From an uncultured Gammaproteobacteria bacterium (GTDB lineage: Bacteria > Patescibacteriota > Patescibacteriia > CAYZDG01): DNA of 64,000 nucleotides. Within the stretch, counting starts at the first letter, position 1; each line of letters starts with the position of its first letter. Shown here one piece after another: positions 10,101-18,090 of the stretch. The notes beneath the pieces were generated by a model. The model worked only from the letters and a program-made list of their open reading frames with translations, was not told the DNA's origin and did no database searches. Location: the NCBI GenBank assembly GCA_964536515.1, contig CAZHXI010000002.1:60908-124907 (forward strand), in the 5' to 3' direction. Both the position numbers and the translations under genes were made by a program.

Positions 10101-11009
10101 TACGCTCACGCCGGAAACGCCAGTGTTGGCGATGAATCCGCCGCGGGTGATGGTCACCCCGGTCAGCTGCGCGTCACCGTCAGCCGAAGCCGTGACGTTG
10201 AACTTGAGCAACGGGTTGTAGATGGTGCCGTCGGGAATGGTCATCGCGGCGGGCGTATCCGAGGCCAGAGCCACGGTTACGTTGCTGCCGGTGGGGACCA
10301 CTACGCTGCCCGTGCCGCCCTGGGAAACGTCAGTCAGCGCTGCGTCAGCTCCGTTGATGGAGGTGCCGTTGCTGTAGCCGTTCAGGGTTGCGGCCGGAAC
10401 AGTGTGCACGTACATGCTCCAGAAGCGGTTGGCGTCCATGGCCGACTGGCCAGAGATGGGCCGCTTGGTGCTGCCGGAGATGTAGTACGTGGTGCTGCCG
10501 TCAGAGGCCAGGTAGCCGCTGGGCAGGGTGCCGGCAGCCAGAGCCGTGCCGATGTTGTAGTTCGGCGGGGCGAAGAAGGCGTCCGGCAGGTCATCTACCT
10601 GCTGGGCCCAGTTGCTGCCGTAAAGGGCAACGGCCGTCGCCTCATCGGGGATGTGGCGCAGGGTGCCGGTGGGCTCAACTGCGTACACGCGCGGGTCGGT
10701 GGTGATCTTCACCAGCCGGGTGCCGGCGCGGTACTTTACGTTTCCACCGATGTAGTAGCTGGCCAGCTCGGCGTCAGAGATCGTCTGGACGCCGGAGAAG
10801 TCCGAGTACCACGAGCGGTAGATCTTGTCGTTGGGGAAGGTGTAACGCTTCCCGTCAGCAGCCAGGTAGTACACAGCTGCGCCGCTCGCCTTGATCAGCG
10901 AACCGGCGGCAACCGCGTGGGCTACCGGGACCTGCATAGCACCGACGGCCCACATGAGAGTGGTAACCGAGAGGGCTACGACAGAAAGTCTCTTAGAAAA
11001 AATGTTCAT
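7194..11009 (-). CDS. Giant secreted cell-surface repeat protein (1271 aa)
   Basis: N-terminal signal peptide MNIFSKRLSVVALSVTTLMWAVGAMQVPVAHA. S/T/G/N-rich. Recurring ~150-aa modules begin E[VI][AG][RKS]F (EVAKFQFSE, VELARFDIT, LELQKFALQ, EVGSFRFEV, EIARFEVRN), suggesting tandem beta-sandwich domains. Confidence 0.6.
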   Translation of the reverse strand: MNIFSKRLSVVALSVTTLMWAVGAMQVPVAHAVAAGSLIKASGAAVYYLAADGKRYTFPNDKIYRSWYSDFSGVQTISDAELASYYIGGNVKYRAGTRLVKITTDPRVYAVEPTGTLRHIPDEATAVALYGSNWAQQVDDLPDAFFAPPNYNIGTALAAGTLPSGYLASDGSTTYYISGSTKRPISGQSAMDANRFWSMYVHTVPAATLNGYSNGTSINGADAALTDVSQGGTGSVVVPTGSNVTVALASDTPAAMTIPDGTIYNPLLKFNVTASADGDAQLTGVTITRGGFIANTGVSGVSVWDQNGVRHGSILTALTSDGMGTVGFSGEPIVIPAGQTRSVTVAANISGSVDSATVNFSVAGASHLTFTNTPSVNGVFPLMGNTMSVVNGANSVGAVKVDGLTTVGNSASTADGNLEVGNTQMEVAKFQFSETSSREDVQVRQLTFYVEGDINEATDLANFTVYGPDGVALGSAARATNRYVTVTMSSPYTIPQGQNRNLTVKVDATGGANRWFRLQLQNDYDVLVRGLTTGANILPLDGDEGTWTSEISTNGYFKMKQGELTISKSTASPSGNLTLGANNVELARFDITANGENLELQKFALQNANFYDFTGNLSIVDANTGTVYYTGTANATTTYNTSGLTTQTSFSNYISLVTGQMKTIKVMGSLLNNAHSGNTIQIKLGNFYARRLNSLDYTNVATGGQQAGQLTIGSTSLTVTKHATPSDPNSVAPGTNNATFATFVLGNQSAGSANVLINSINVTLAGTGAVNVPTQLTNLKLWDITSGTPVQLGSTRSSVATTSNSFTMQWTIPQNSTRILGISADFNSSIANGTVIYAQLAANHIVGSAVNNTVEAPTTAVNGQMNSMAAAAVRAYFESTSNNNSKIATAGTQDFEVGSFRFEVLNEDVHLHKLAITASTTGANEGLAPNASGTRIFTGFKLFNGTTQLGSTNCYQYDSGLDSSTYGTAAASSTCDALFTFATPVTFLRDFGGVLTVKANIANSGSGASTTVFSVKIKSNSSTYLDLRSNSSSSIQATLQSAGGITAETNKHLYIDTAPVIVSLPVGSYHVRGINDEIARFEVRNYGQVGMTLNQLGFSFNAGGFSSSTSAMDYVHTFKLFDDNGLELASAAAAVALCGGTNIATLASCGAGPNSATTTTFTVPASNAVVPAATGGTYGSRVFSIRANTANVAANSGSSQATRSIQVQATGTRGFSSSDSALITTGNGGTRLWSAGGVLYKFTPAGYSGFYSAQQDASDSYPVTSAQVTYQ

Positions 11010-11331
11010 GGTTATATATTTACCTCACTACGGTGGCTGCTACGCTGCCCGCCGAGGCCGTTGTATCCCCAGGTTCCGCTGGCATCCGCCCGTGGCGGAT
11101 CGACCTTTATCCTTCGGAACGTTGGGCGGCAATCGGCGACATTTCGTACGCCCTTCCGCAGTGACGTTTAACCTATAAGTCCTCGAGACAAGTAAGGGTC
11201 CGAGGGTTGGCTACCTCTCCGCTGCTCGGTGGGAGGGGTGGTCAGCTCTCGAACTCTACCCGTAACGGGTACCTACAGGTTGGCAATTAACTGAAAACTC
11301 TTAACGGAAACAATGAGCGACCTGCAAAAAT

Positions 11332-12546
11332 CTATTTCTTGGCCGGAGCAACCACCGGCTTGCTCTCCACTACCTCCAGCTGGCCCACCGGATCTTCGAT
11401 TACCGTAACGGCGGCGGTGGTAGTAGCAACGGGGGAGGTCGATGTGGGAGTGCTGGTCGCCGCTGGCTGCCACGTGGGCAGCAGCGCCTGGTTCACCAGC
11501 TGGCTCGCCTGGTTCAGCACGTCCTCAATGGTGTCTAGGCTCTCGCCGGCAGCCGTGTTCCACTGCACCGCCAGCTTGAAGTTGCCGAACTGCAGCGCCT
11601 GCTTCGCCTCGTCCAGCTGCTTGCTAACCTTGCCCAGGTCGGTGCGCAGGCCATCGAAGGTGGGCATATCGAACGGCGTGGGCGTGCGGTCGCTAGCCGC
11701 GCTGTACAGGCTCTGGCGAACCTTGGTACGAACATCCAGGCCACCGGAGAGCAGCACGGCCTTCTCGGTAACCTTAAGGCGCTGCTCGGTTGCCGTGATC
11801 GCCTCACCTACGAGCTTAGATAGCTCATCGTTGCTCACGTCGCCACCGGCGACGTTATCCAACAGAATCTCTAGGCTGTCCGCGGTTGCCAAATCGGCGC
11901 TGGTAATTGCCTCGGCGACCGCCTCAGTTGAGGTGCTGCCGCTCCCAGATGAGGTAAGGGCCGCCTTTACGTCTGAAGTGGCCTTCGTTAGACCCTTGGC
12001 GACGGCAACGACCGCGGTTGCCTTGGTATCTTTAGCTGCCATGCGCAGCGACTGACGGGCAGCGGTCAGGTCCCTATTGAGGGCGAGCACGGTATGGCTA
12101 ATGCGATCGGCCTTCTCCTGCTCGGGAATGTCCCGGTCGTTCAGCACCCGAATCTCATCCAGCCGCGTCGCAACGTGCCGGAGGTAGACCGAAGCCTCGT
12201 CCTGGGCCGTGGGCGCCAAGACTAGCTCTACCTTCTCGATAAGGTTGCGCTTAATGGGGTATAGGGTGTCGCCCGAGACGGCAGCCATGCTAGCCCGGGC
12301 AACCATGGTCCCGGTTCCAGATATAACGGTGATGATGAGCACGGCTGCAACCTGGCGAACGTGGGCAAAGCTGAAGTGCCAGGTCTGCCACATGCCGATC
12401 TGCATATTTCGGTAGACCGAGCTCCTGGCCTGTATGCTAGACAGGTAATGTGCCCTCTGCGTCAATAGGCGCCGAGTACCAGCAGCTGCCTCGGGGTTCA
12501 TAACCCTAGCATTCTTAAGTGTTTTTAGCTGCTGCTCGATGGTCAT
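11332..12546 (-). CDS. Anti-sigma-factor-like membrane protein (DUF5667-type architecture)
   Basis: Lies immediately downstream of the ECF sigma gene. Has a single TM segment (VAAVLIITVISGTGTMV) followed by a long helical A/K/T-rich extracytoplasmic region. Confidence 0.45.
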   Translation of the reverse strand: MTIEQQLKTLKNARVMNPEAAAGTRRLLTQRAHYLSSIQARSSVYRNMQIGMWQTWHFSFAHVRQVAAVLIITVISGTGTMVARASMAAVSGDTLYPIKRNLIEKVELVLAPTAQDEASVYLRHVATRLDEIRVLNDRDIPEQEKADRISHTVLALNRDLTAARQSLRMAAKDTKATAVVAVAKGLTKATSDVKAALTSSGSGSTSTEAVAEAITSADLATADSLEILLDNVAGGDVSNDELSKLVGEAITATEQRLKVTEKAVLLSGGLDVRTKVRQSLYSAASDRTPTPFDMPTFDGLRTDLGKVSKQLDEAKQALQFGNFKLAVQWNTAAGESLDTIEDVLNQASQLVNQALLPTWQPAATSTPTSTSPVATTTAAVTVIEDPVGQLEVVESKPVVAPAKK

Positions 12547-12656
12547 ATGGTCTCTGCTATATATGTCGGGAAAAGGGACAAAACGTTACAGGGAGCTCGT
12601 TAGTCGTAGGTCGAAAGTTCGAAGGGTGTAGTTCGTTCGACAAACGACAATCGAAC

Positions 12657-13208
12657 TTACGACAAACTGCCCCTTTCCCCCATCACCTCGCGCAGCCTAT
12701 CTAGGCCCCTGTGGACAAGCACCCGAACGGCACCGGCCGAACGACCCATAATCACGCCGGCCTCCCCCGCCGAGAGACCTTCCATATGCTTGAGGAGCAC
12801 AGCCTCACGCTGGTCCTCTGGCAGCTGCATCAATGCCCGTTGTAGCTCGCTATTCTCTACAGCTAGCTCTGCAGAAGCACTCGCCCCCGCCGGAACACCA
12901 TCTGCCTCTTCTAGAGGGCTAGAGGGCTGCCTATCTCGGTAGTGATCTGCAATGGCAGCACGGGCCATCTGGTAAAGGAATGGCCTTACGCTCTTAACCA
13001 TAGGGCGGTCTTCGTCCGCTGCGTACTCCAGGGCACGAACGAACACATCGCTCGTAATGTCCTCTGCCTGCTGCGCAGTTCCAACCTTGAACGAGACGTA
13101 GCGGTAGACCTCTTTATGGTAGCGATCGTAGATCTTTAGGAACGCCTCGGTACGCCCTGCACGTACATGCAGGAGGCTAATCTTTTCCTCAATACTATTG
13201 ATTATCAT
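12657..13208 (-). CDS. ECF-family RNA polymerase sigma-70 factor
   Basis: Region 2 (YRYVSFKVGTAQQAEDITSDVFVRALE) and region 4 HTH (LSAGEAGVIMGRSAGAVRVLVHRGLDRLRE). Confidence 0.75.
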   Translation of the reverse strand: MIINSIEEKISLLHVRAGRTEAFLKIYDRYHKEVYRYVSFKVGTAQQAEDITSDVFVRALEYAADEDRPMVKSVRPFLYQMARAAIADHYRDRQPSSPLEEADGVPAGASASAELAVENSELQRALMQLPEDQREAVLLKHMEGLSAGEAGVIMGRSAGAVRVLVHRGLDRLREVMGERGSLS

Positions 13209-13306
13209 TAATATTTAACAAACAAAATACGAACGTATGTATACTGTTCGTACTAAATTATTCCTGTGTTCCTGACCTGAAACACTATAATATTACTGAC
13301 TTTTCG

Positions 13307-14053
13307 TCAAATAGCCGCTATGACCAAAGCTACTATCAAAAGAAGGCCTATGACTAGGCTTGCTATGGTAGCCCATGGGGTAGATCTATTGAGGCTGGCC
13401 ATTCGCTGCCCCAGCCGCATGCGTAGGCCAAATATGGTAAGCAACATCACGATCGCAGACTGAACTGAGTAAGCAGTCGGCAGCAGCAGTATTCCCCAAA
13501 GTACCTGCCAGTAGATTACGAGCCAAGCTGCCTGCACCCACCAGGGATCGCGGGGCAAGCTGTAGACCCATTGAATGTGGTGCAGAAGGCCCAGTATGTA
13601 AACGCTACCGAGCGCCGCTGCAATTAGGGCGCTCTTGGCTACCAATAGGTTACCCAGGCTTAAACCGGTTGCCCCAAACCAGGCCAGTAGCGCCGTAACT
13701 ATAGCCATCCACAGCCTCACCTTAGCTCCCCGCTGGTAGGCACCCTGGAAGAGCACCTCACCGCTGAGCAGTACCAAGCCAACGGTTACGATGGGCAGCC
13801 ACTGCCGCAGGTCTGCCTGGTCCATGAGTAGCCAAAGCCACCCACCAGCCAGGTAGGGCAACGCGAGCACCAAGAAGCGATCCAGTCGCTCGCCCAGCCT
13901 TGCCGCCGGCAGAGCCGAAGCCACCCACCACAGGGCGAGCAGGCAGACGGGAGCGGCCATGTAGACGCTCTTGGGCGAGCTGGCCACCACCAGGAAACTA
14001 ACGGCGCAAGCAGCTGCAGCGAATGCCGGCCCAACCCGCTGGAAGATGATCAT
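13307..14053 (-). CDS. Polytopic membrane protein, function unknown
   Basis: Six or more hydrophobic helices; no recognisable catalytic motif. Confidence 0.4.
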   Translation of the reverse strand: MIIFQRVGPAFAAAACAVSFLVVASSPKSVYMAAPVCLLALWWVASALPAARLGERLDRFLVLALPYLAGGWLWLLMDQADLRQWLPIVTVGLVLLSGEVLFQGAYQRGAKVRLWMAIVTALLAWFGATGLSLGNLLVAKSALIAAALGSVYILGLLHHIQWVYSLPRDPWWVQAAWLVIYWQVLWGILLLPTAYSVQSAIVMLLTIFGLRMRLGQRMASLNRSTPWATIASLVIGLLLIVALVIAAI

Positions 14054-14128
14054 GGGGGTAGGATAGCAGGATTCGTTGGCCGATACACGAAGCCCCCGCC
14101 AAATTGGCGGGGGCTTGTTTAGACGCCG

Positions 14129-15010
14129 TTAGAGCGCCGGAAAGTTCATCTCGATCTCTCTGAAGATCAGTTCGGGACTCAGCCTACTCCTTGAGCCATC
14201 AGCATTCCTCGGGGCACCGCCGATGGTGCTACTACCGCCCCAACCAGGCTCAAATTGATCCAGGTGGTGAAGGATGGTACCAGGCTTATCCCCAGGGCCT
14301 ACCGGCCAGGTAACTAGCTCAGACTTCTTTGCGACCGTAACCGCCCAGCTGCCGTCTGCGAGTTGCGCAAGGGTAACAACCCTGGTGTGGCCAGCCTCGT
14401 ATAGCTGCCCGAGTAAATGGCCGGGGCCAATAGCCATTGCCCACCCACTGCCTTCTCTGAGCTCATATTCAGCCGCTACGGTTAGCAGCGCCCTCGGTGA
14501 GCCGAAGATAAGGTCCACCTGCGCCACGCTGCTCGCGAGCAGCTCCGCCAGGTCTGCTTTGGCGTACGCTTCCCTAGTCAGACCCATCAGCCCAGCCATC
14601 GCTCGTTTCCAGAGTTCTGCAGTCCGCTTATCTCGGATGGGGTAAGCCGAGCCGTGGGCATCAATGACGCCCGCGACTTCCACCAGGCGGGCGACATCAG
14701 ACGACTCGATCTTGTCTGGATTCTGCAGCAGCCAAACGCTGAGCACCGTATCTGGATCAACGTCGTTGACGTAGACATTGAATCCATTCGGGTCAAAGCC
14801 CAGCATGAGCATGTCGTAGACCTGCCGACACGTGGCCGACGTGAACAGCCTGACGCAGCTCTCATGGTGGTCGCAGCTGAAGCGTTGGTTCTCGATATCA
14901 ATCTCGGGACCCCTGCAGTACCCATCCAAGGCGATGCTCTTCGGCGGCAGCTGCCGCAGCGGAACCGCTGCTCCGCGCTCGATACAAATATTTATACTAC
15001 CCATTCTCAA
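14129..15010 (-). CDS. Hypothetical protein
   Basis: 293-aa ORF with coding-like composition and no confident family assignment. Confidence 0.35.
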   Translation of the reverse strand: MRMGSINICIERGAAVPLRQLPPKSIALDGYCRGPEIDIENQRFSCDHHESCVRLFTSATCRQVYDMLMLGFDPNGFNVYVNDVDPDTVLSVWLLQNPDKIESSDVARLVEVAGVIDAHGSAYPIRDKRTAELWKRAMAGLMGLTREAYAKADLAELLASSVAQVDLIFGSPRALLTVAAEYELREGSGWAMAIGPGHLLGQLYEAGHTRVVTLAQLADGSWAVTVAKKSELVTWPVGPGDKPGTILHHLDQFEPGWGGSSTIGGAPRNADGSRSRLSPELIFREIEMNFPAL

Positions 15011-15145
15011 CGTGCTCCTATTCCATTTTTATTTGGGAAAAAGAATGCATACCATTATTCTCTTGCTTGGTCAATATTAAAGGTTTCACGAATACCCACC
15101 AGCCCTCGCTCAGCGCCATTCTGCTGTCTGTCTTCCAAACCTCAC

Positions 15146-15841
15146 CTACTTCCCCATCCTACGTTCGCGGCGGGCGTACTCAGCCAGCGCCTCGTCGAAG
15201 TGAGCTGGGGTGAAGTCTGGCCACATGGTGGGGGTAAAGTACAGCTCGGCGTAGGCAGAGCGCCACAGCATGAAGCCAGAGAGCCTGGTCTCGCCCCCGG
15301 GGCGTATGAGTAGGTCTAGGTCTGGCACATCGGGAGCGTACAGGTGGGCGCGGATAGACTCTTCGGTCAGTGGCTCCCCCGCCGCTGCAGCTGCGGCCGC
15401 TGCATCTGCCATCTCGGCCTGACCCCCGTAGCCCAGGGCAATGTTAAGGCTGCCACGGGTGCTGCCGGCAGTCTCCTTCTCGGCCTTTGCAATTAAGTCT
15501 TGAATCTTCTGTGGGAACGCCGATATACGGCCCAGGAACCGCAGCCTGGCACCCAATTTGATAGCCTCCTGCAGCCACTCGGCCACGCCGCGCTCGAACA
15601 AGCCCATGAGGTAGCCTACCTCCTCGGCAGACCTATTCCAGTTCTCGGTAGAGAAGGCGAAGACGGTCAGGTGCTTAATGCCCCGCTCGAGCGCGTGGCG
15701 GGCAATGGTATTCAGCATGTCGTAGCCGGCCCTATGGCCGTCCATCTTGGGTAGGCCGCGGGCAGCAGCCCAACGCCTGTTCCCGTCCATTATTAAGCCG
15801 ACGTGTGTCGGCAGCATGCCGTTTTCTATAGGAATATTCAC
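15146..15841 (-). CDS. uppS: Isoprenyl transferase / undecaprenyl-diphosphate synthase
   Basis: HVGLIMDGNRRWA and FSTENWNR motifs of cis-prenyltransferases. Confidence 0.85.
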   Translation of the reverse strand: MNIPIENGMLPTHVGLIMDGNRRWAAARGLPKMDGHRAGYDMLNTIARHALERGIKHLTVFAFSTENWNRSAEEVGYLMGLFERGVAEWLQEAIKLGARLRFLGRISAFPQKIQDLIAKAEKETAGSTRGSLNIALGYGGQAEMADAAAAAAAAGEPLTEESIRAHLYAPDVPDLDLLIRPGGETRLSGFMLWRSAYAELYFTPTMWPDFTPAHFDEALAEYARRERRMGK

Positions 15842-15865
15842 TATGTGGTCGGGGTGCCGGGACTC

Positions 15866-15899
15866 GCCCGCCCGAGGCGGGTCCGCCTATGGCGGAAAC
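15866..15899. repeat. 34-nt tandem-hairpin repeat, copy 1 (ccgcccgaggcgg gtccgcctatggcgga aac)
   Basis: Near-identical copy at 16286-16319 (32/34 nt by eye). Each copy folds as two short GC hairpins. Confidence 0.6.
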
Positions 15900-15933
15900 C
15901 CGATAAGCTCGCGGAAGAAAAGGAGCAGAGAAC

Positions 15934-16009
15934 TGGTCGGGGTGGGGAGACTCGAACTCCCGACCTCGTGAACCCGAATCACGCGCGCTACCAACTGCGC
16001 TACACCCCG
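15934..16009 (-). tRNA. tRNA-Pro (anticodon CGG)
   Basis: Cloverleaf read on the minus strand: acceptor CGGGGTG/CACCCCG, anticodon loop TTCGGGT, T-arm GGGAGTTCGAGTCTCCC, 3' ACCA encoded. Confidence 0.8.
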
Positions 16010-16251
16010 ATAGAATTATCATCCAACCACTTCCTTCCCTGCCCTGATTTCAAAAACTTCTCCCTTCGCATGGCACACTGCTTATTAGCATAGCGCTCGC
16101 AGTACTTCAACTCGAACGGACCATTCTGCCGAGTCCAATCTGAAACCCCAATGTTATGCTCCCTTAGTCGATCAGCTACCGTCTTACCTGTAAAACCAAC
16201 ATACCTCTTCCCGTTCCTCAAACTGAGCAGTACGTAGACGGAGTAGATCAT
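16000..16251 (-). CDS. GIY-YIG nuclease-family small protein (UPF0213/YhbQ-like)
   Basis: SVYVLLS..GKRYVGFTGKTVADRLREHN...CAMRREKFLKSGQGRKWL matches the YhbQ-type GIY-YIG pattern. The stop overlaps the tRNA-Pro 5' end. Confidence 0.7.
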   Translation of the reverse strand: MIYSVYVLLSLRNGKRYVGFTGKTVADRLREHNIGVSDWTRQNGPFELKYCERYANKQCAMRREKFLKSGQGRKWLDDNSIGV

Positions 16252-16285
16252 GGGTCATAATTTACTTAATCTTGACCCCTACTAC

Positions 16286-16334
16286 CCCCGCCGTAGGCGG
16301 GTCCGCCTTTGGCGGAAACTGCGCTACACCCCGA
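16286..16334. repeat. Copy 2 of the 34-nt hairpin repeat fused to a 15-nt duplicate of the tRNA-Pro 5' end (tgcgctacaccccga)
   Basis: 16320-16334 is identical to 15996-16010 (tRNA-Pro nt 1-14 plus one flanking nt). 16286-16319 matches 15866-15899. Confidence 0.6.
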
Positions 16335-16395
16335 AGTAATGACCTGGGCGCAGTATACGCACCCAGGTCATTTCCGTCTATTCTAACAGACAGGA

Positions 16396-17178
16396 TTACC
16401 TTACCCGGTAGACCAGGGTAACGGTAACCGAAACCTCGTTCTGGCCAACCTCCACCGAGGGGGCCGGAACGGCGCTGCCGCCACCCATGCCCATGGCGGC
16501 ATCACGTGCGTACATAATGGGAGGCTGGACGCCCGTGCCATCCTCCAGAATATCTACGATCTTACCCAGGCGCATGCCGGTGCTCTGGCTCAGCTGCCGG
16601 GCCTTAACCTTGGCCTTGGCAATAGCCTCCTTGCGAGCCGCCAGCAGCGCCTCGTCCGGGTTATCTACCACGAACTGCACGTCGCCGACCTGGTTTGCGC
16701 CGGCGCCCGTAGCTGCGGCTAGCACCTCGCTGATCTTGTTAGACTCGGCAATGCCCAGCTTCACCCGCAGCTCCTGGTACAGCTCGTACCCTTCTAGCTG
16801 CTGCCCGCGATCGTTGGAGTAGGTGTAGCGGGGGTTTAGGTTGTAGCCGCTGGTCTGCATCTCCTCCGACTTAACGCCAGCCGCCTTCAGCGCCTCTACC
16901 ACCTTGGTCATCTGCTCGTTGCCCTGCTTAACGGCTTCCGCAGCCGTCTTCTGCGGCTGGGTTACCAGGCCGATTCGGAGCTGAGCCTTGTCTGGCTTTA
17001 CCAGTGTCTTGCCGCTGGCAGATACGCTGAATACCCGCTCCACCGGAGCCGGCGTAATCTGCTTAACAATCAGCAGGCCGGCCACAATTACCAGCGCAAC
17101 GAGCGCCAGCCGGGGCAGGCTCCCCCACCTATTAGAGCAGCTCGAGCACGAACCGCAGCTGCAATCCTTTTCATTCAT
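16396..17178 (-). CDS. SIMPL-domain (DUF541) protein with Cys-rich N-terminus and TM anchor
   Basis: N-terminus MNEKDCSCGSCSSCSN, then a TM helix, then a SIMPL-like body ending VSVTVTLVYRV. Confidence 0.65.
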   Translation of the reverse strand: MNEKDCSCGSCSSCSNRWGSLPRLALVALVIVAGLLIVKQITPAPVERVFSVSASGKTLVKPDKAQLRIGLVTQPQKTAAEAVKQGNEQMTKVVEALKAAGVKSEEMQTSGYNLNPRYTYSNDRGQQLEGYELYQELRVKLGIAESNKISEVLAAATGAGANQVGDVQFVVDNPDEALLAARKEAIAKAKVKARQLSQSTGMRLGKIVDILEDGTGVQPPIMYARDAAMGMGGGSAVPAPSVEVGQNEVSVTVTLVYRVR

Positions 17179-17228
17179 ACGTGCGACGTGGTTAATCGAT
17201 TAGTAGGAATGAGTATATCAGAAACTGA

Positions 17229-17303
17229 TGGTGGGACGTGAAGGACTCGAACCTTCAACCTTGGGCTTAAAAGGCCCCTGCTCTACCATTGAGCTAACGT
17301 CCC
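17229..17303 (-). tRNA. tRNA-Lys (anticodon UUU)
   Basis: Minus-strand cloverleaf GGGACGT..CTTTTAA..TTCGAGT..ACGTCCCACCA. Confidence 0.8.
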
Positions 17304-17390
17304 ATACTGCTTAGCGAACGCGGATCTACCATTGAGATATGCACCCGAGTTTATAACTGTACGGCACCGACCAATCAATAACAACGACAT

Positions 17391-17419
17391 TTGACAATAG
17401 TAGTCAATTGTGATACTAT
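17391..17419 (+). promoter_or_regulatory. Consensus sigma-70-type promoter (TTGACA-N17-TACTAT)
   Basis: Exact -35 TTGACA at 17391-17396 and -10 TACTAT at 17414-17419 in an AT-rich gap. A GGAGGG SD lies 4 nt before the ATG at 17468. Confidence 0.5.
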
Positions 17420-17467
17420 ATAAATAGATTAGAAAATTGACAACTCATCAATCCCCCGGAGGGTTCC

Positions 17468-17962
17468 ATGCTCGACATTAGGCCCGTACCGAAGAGCAGC
17501 AGAATTGGCGAAGAGAGAGCCGCTACCATTATCTACCTGCTCGGGGGAGCTCTGGGGAAAAAATTTCCCAAGCTTCCCGAACCCATACCGACCCTCTCCA
17601 CCATTCGTGAGTTCGTCGGTCGGCGTGACTACGACAACGTGGTCGCCAGGCTGAGGAGCGGAGAAGTACCGCTAAGGCTGTACCCAGTTCTGCCCGTCGA
17701 TGTACGGGAAGCGCTGGCACTGGAAGATACCGAAGCGCTGAGGGCAATGACCGACGCCGCTGAGGAGCCTTCCCGTATGGCGCTCAGCCCCCACGCGAAG
17801 CACGTGAAGACCGCTGCAGCTCACCACGGCAACCCGCATCCGACAGAGGGCTTCCAGTACTGCCCCTACTGCCACTCGGGCGAGGCTCTGGCGACCGGCG
17901 GTACCTGCTCGAACTGCAACGAGTACGTTGAGCCACACGAGTCAACCTTCCCGAAGCTTTAG
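17468..17962 (+). CDS. Hypothetical protein with C-terminal CxxC..CxxC zinc ribbon
   Basis: CPYCHSGEALATGGTCSNCNEY. Own promoter and terminator. Confidence 0.4.
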   Translation: MLDIRPVPKSSRIGEERAATIIYLLGGALGKKFPKLPEPIPTLSTIREFVGRRDYDNVVARLRSGEVPLRLYPVLPVDVREALALEDTEALRAMTDAAEEPSRMALSPHAKHVKTAAAHHGNPHPTEGFQYCPYCHSGEALATGGTCSNCNEYVEPHESTFPKL

Positions 17963-17977
17963 TAGCCAACGAAAACG

Positions 17978-18008
17978 AGCCGCCCTGGCTAACCCGGGCG
18001 GCTTTTTC
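17978..18008 (+). terminator. Intrinsic terminator (gccgccctgg..cccgggcggc plus T5)
   Basis: 9/10-bp GC stem followed by TTTTT at 18003-18007, 16 nt after the stop at 17962. Confidence 0.6.
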
Positions 18009-18090
18009 GTGCTTCCACAGGGTGAGGGTTGAAAGGCTGTGCAGGAGGAGCTTGGCCTGGCGGCTCCCCCGCCGTAAGATACGGCCACCT

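Noticed and set aside
7194-11009. Possible CRISPR array or tandem DNA repeats in the giant gene
   Set aside because: Repetition is at the protein-domain level (about 450-nt diverged modules). There are no short identical direct repeats with unique spacers, and no cas genes in the window.
5076-11171. Numerous long antisense or out-of-frame ORFs inside the O-antigen-ligase and giant surface-protein genes (e.g. 6008-6994, 8274-9080, 9909-11171)
   Set aside because: Low-complexity, Arg/Ala/Gly-rich translations with no motifs. Fully nested in strongly supported genes on the other strand. These are GC-skew artefacts.
14129-15010. DHH motif (SCDHHESC) suggesting a DHH phosphoesterase
   Set aside because: The other DHH-family motifs (DxD, GGGH) are not present in the right order. 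A single tripeptide is insufficient.
17281-17335. 11-nt ctaccattgag duplicate 25 nt downstream of tRNA-Lys as an integration att site
   Set aside because: Too short to distinguish from chance. There is no integrase or mobile-gene content nearby.
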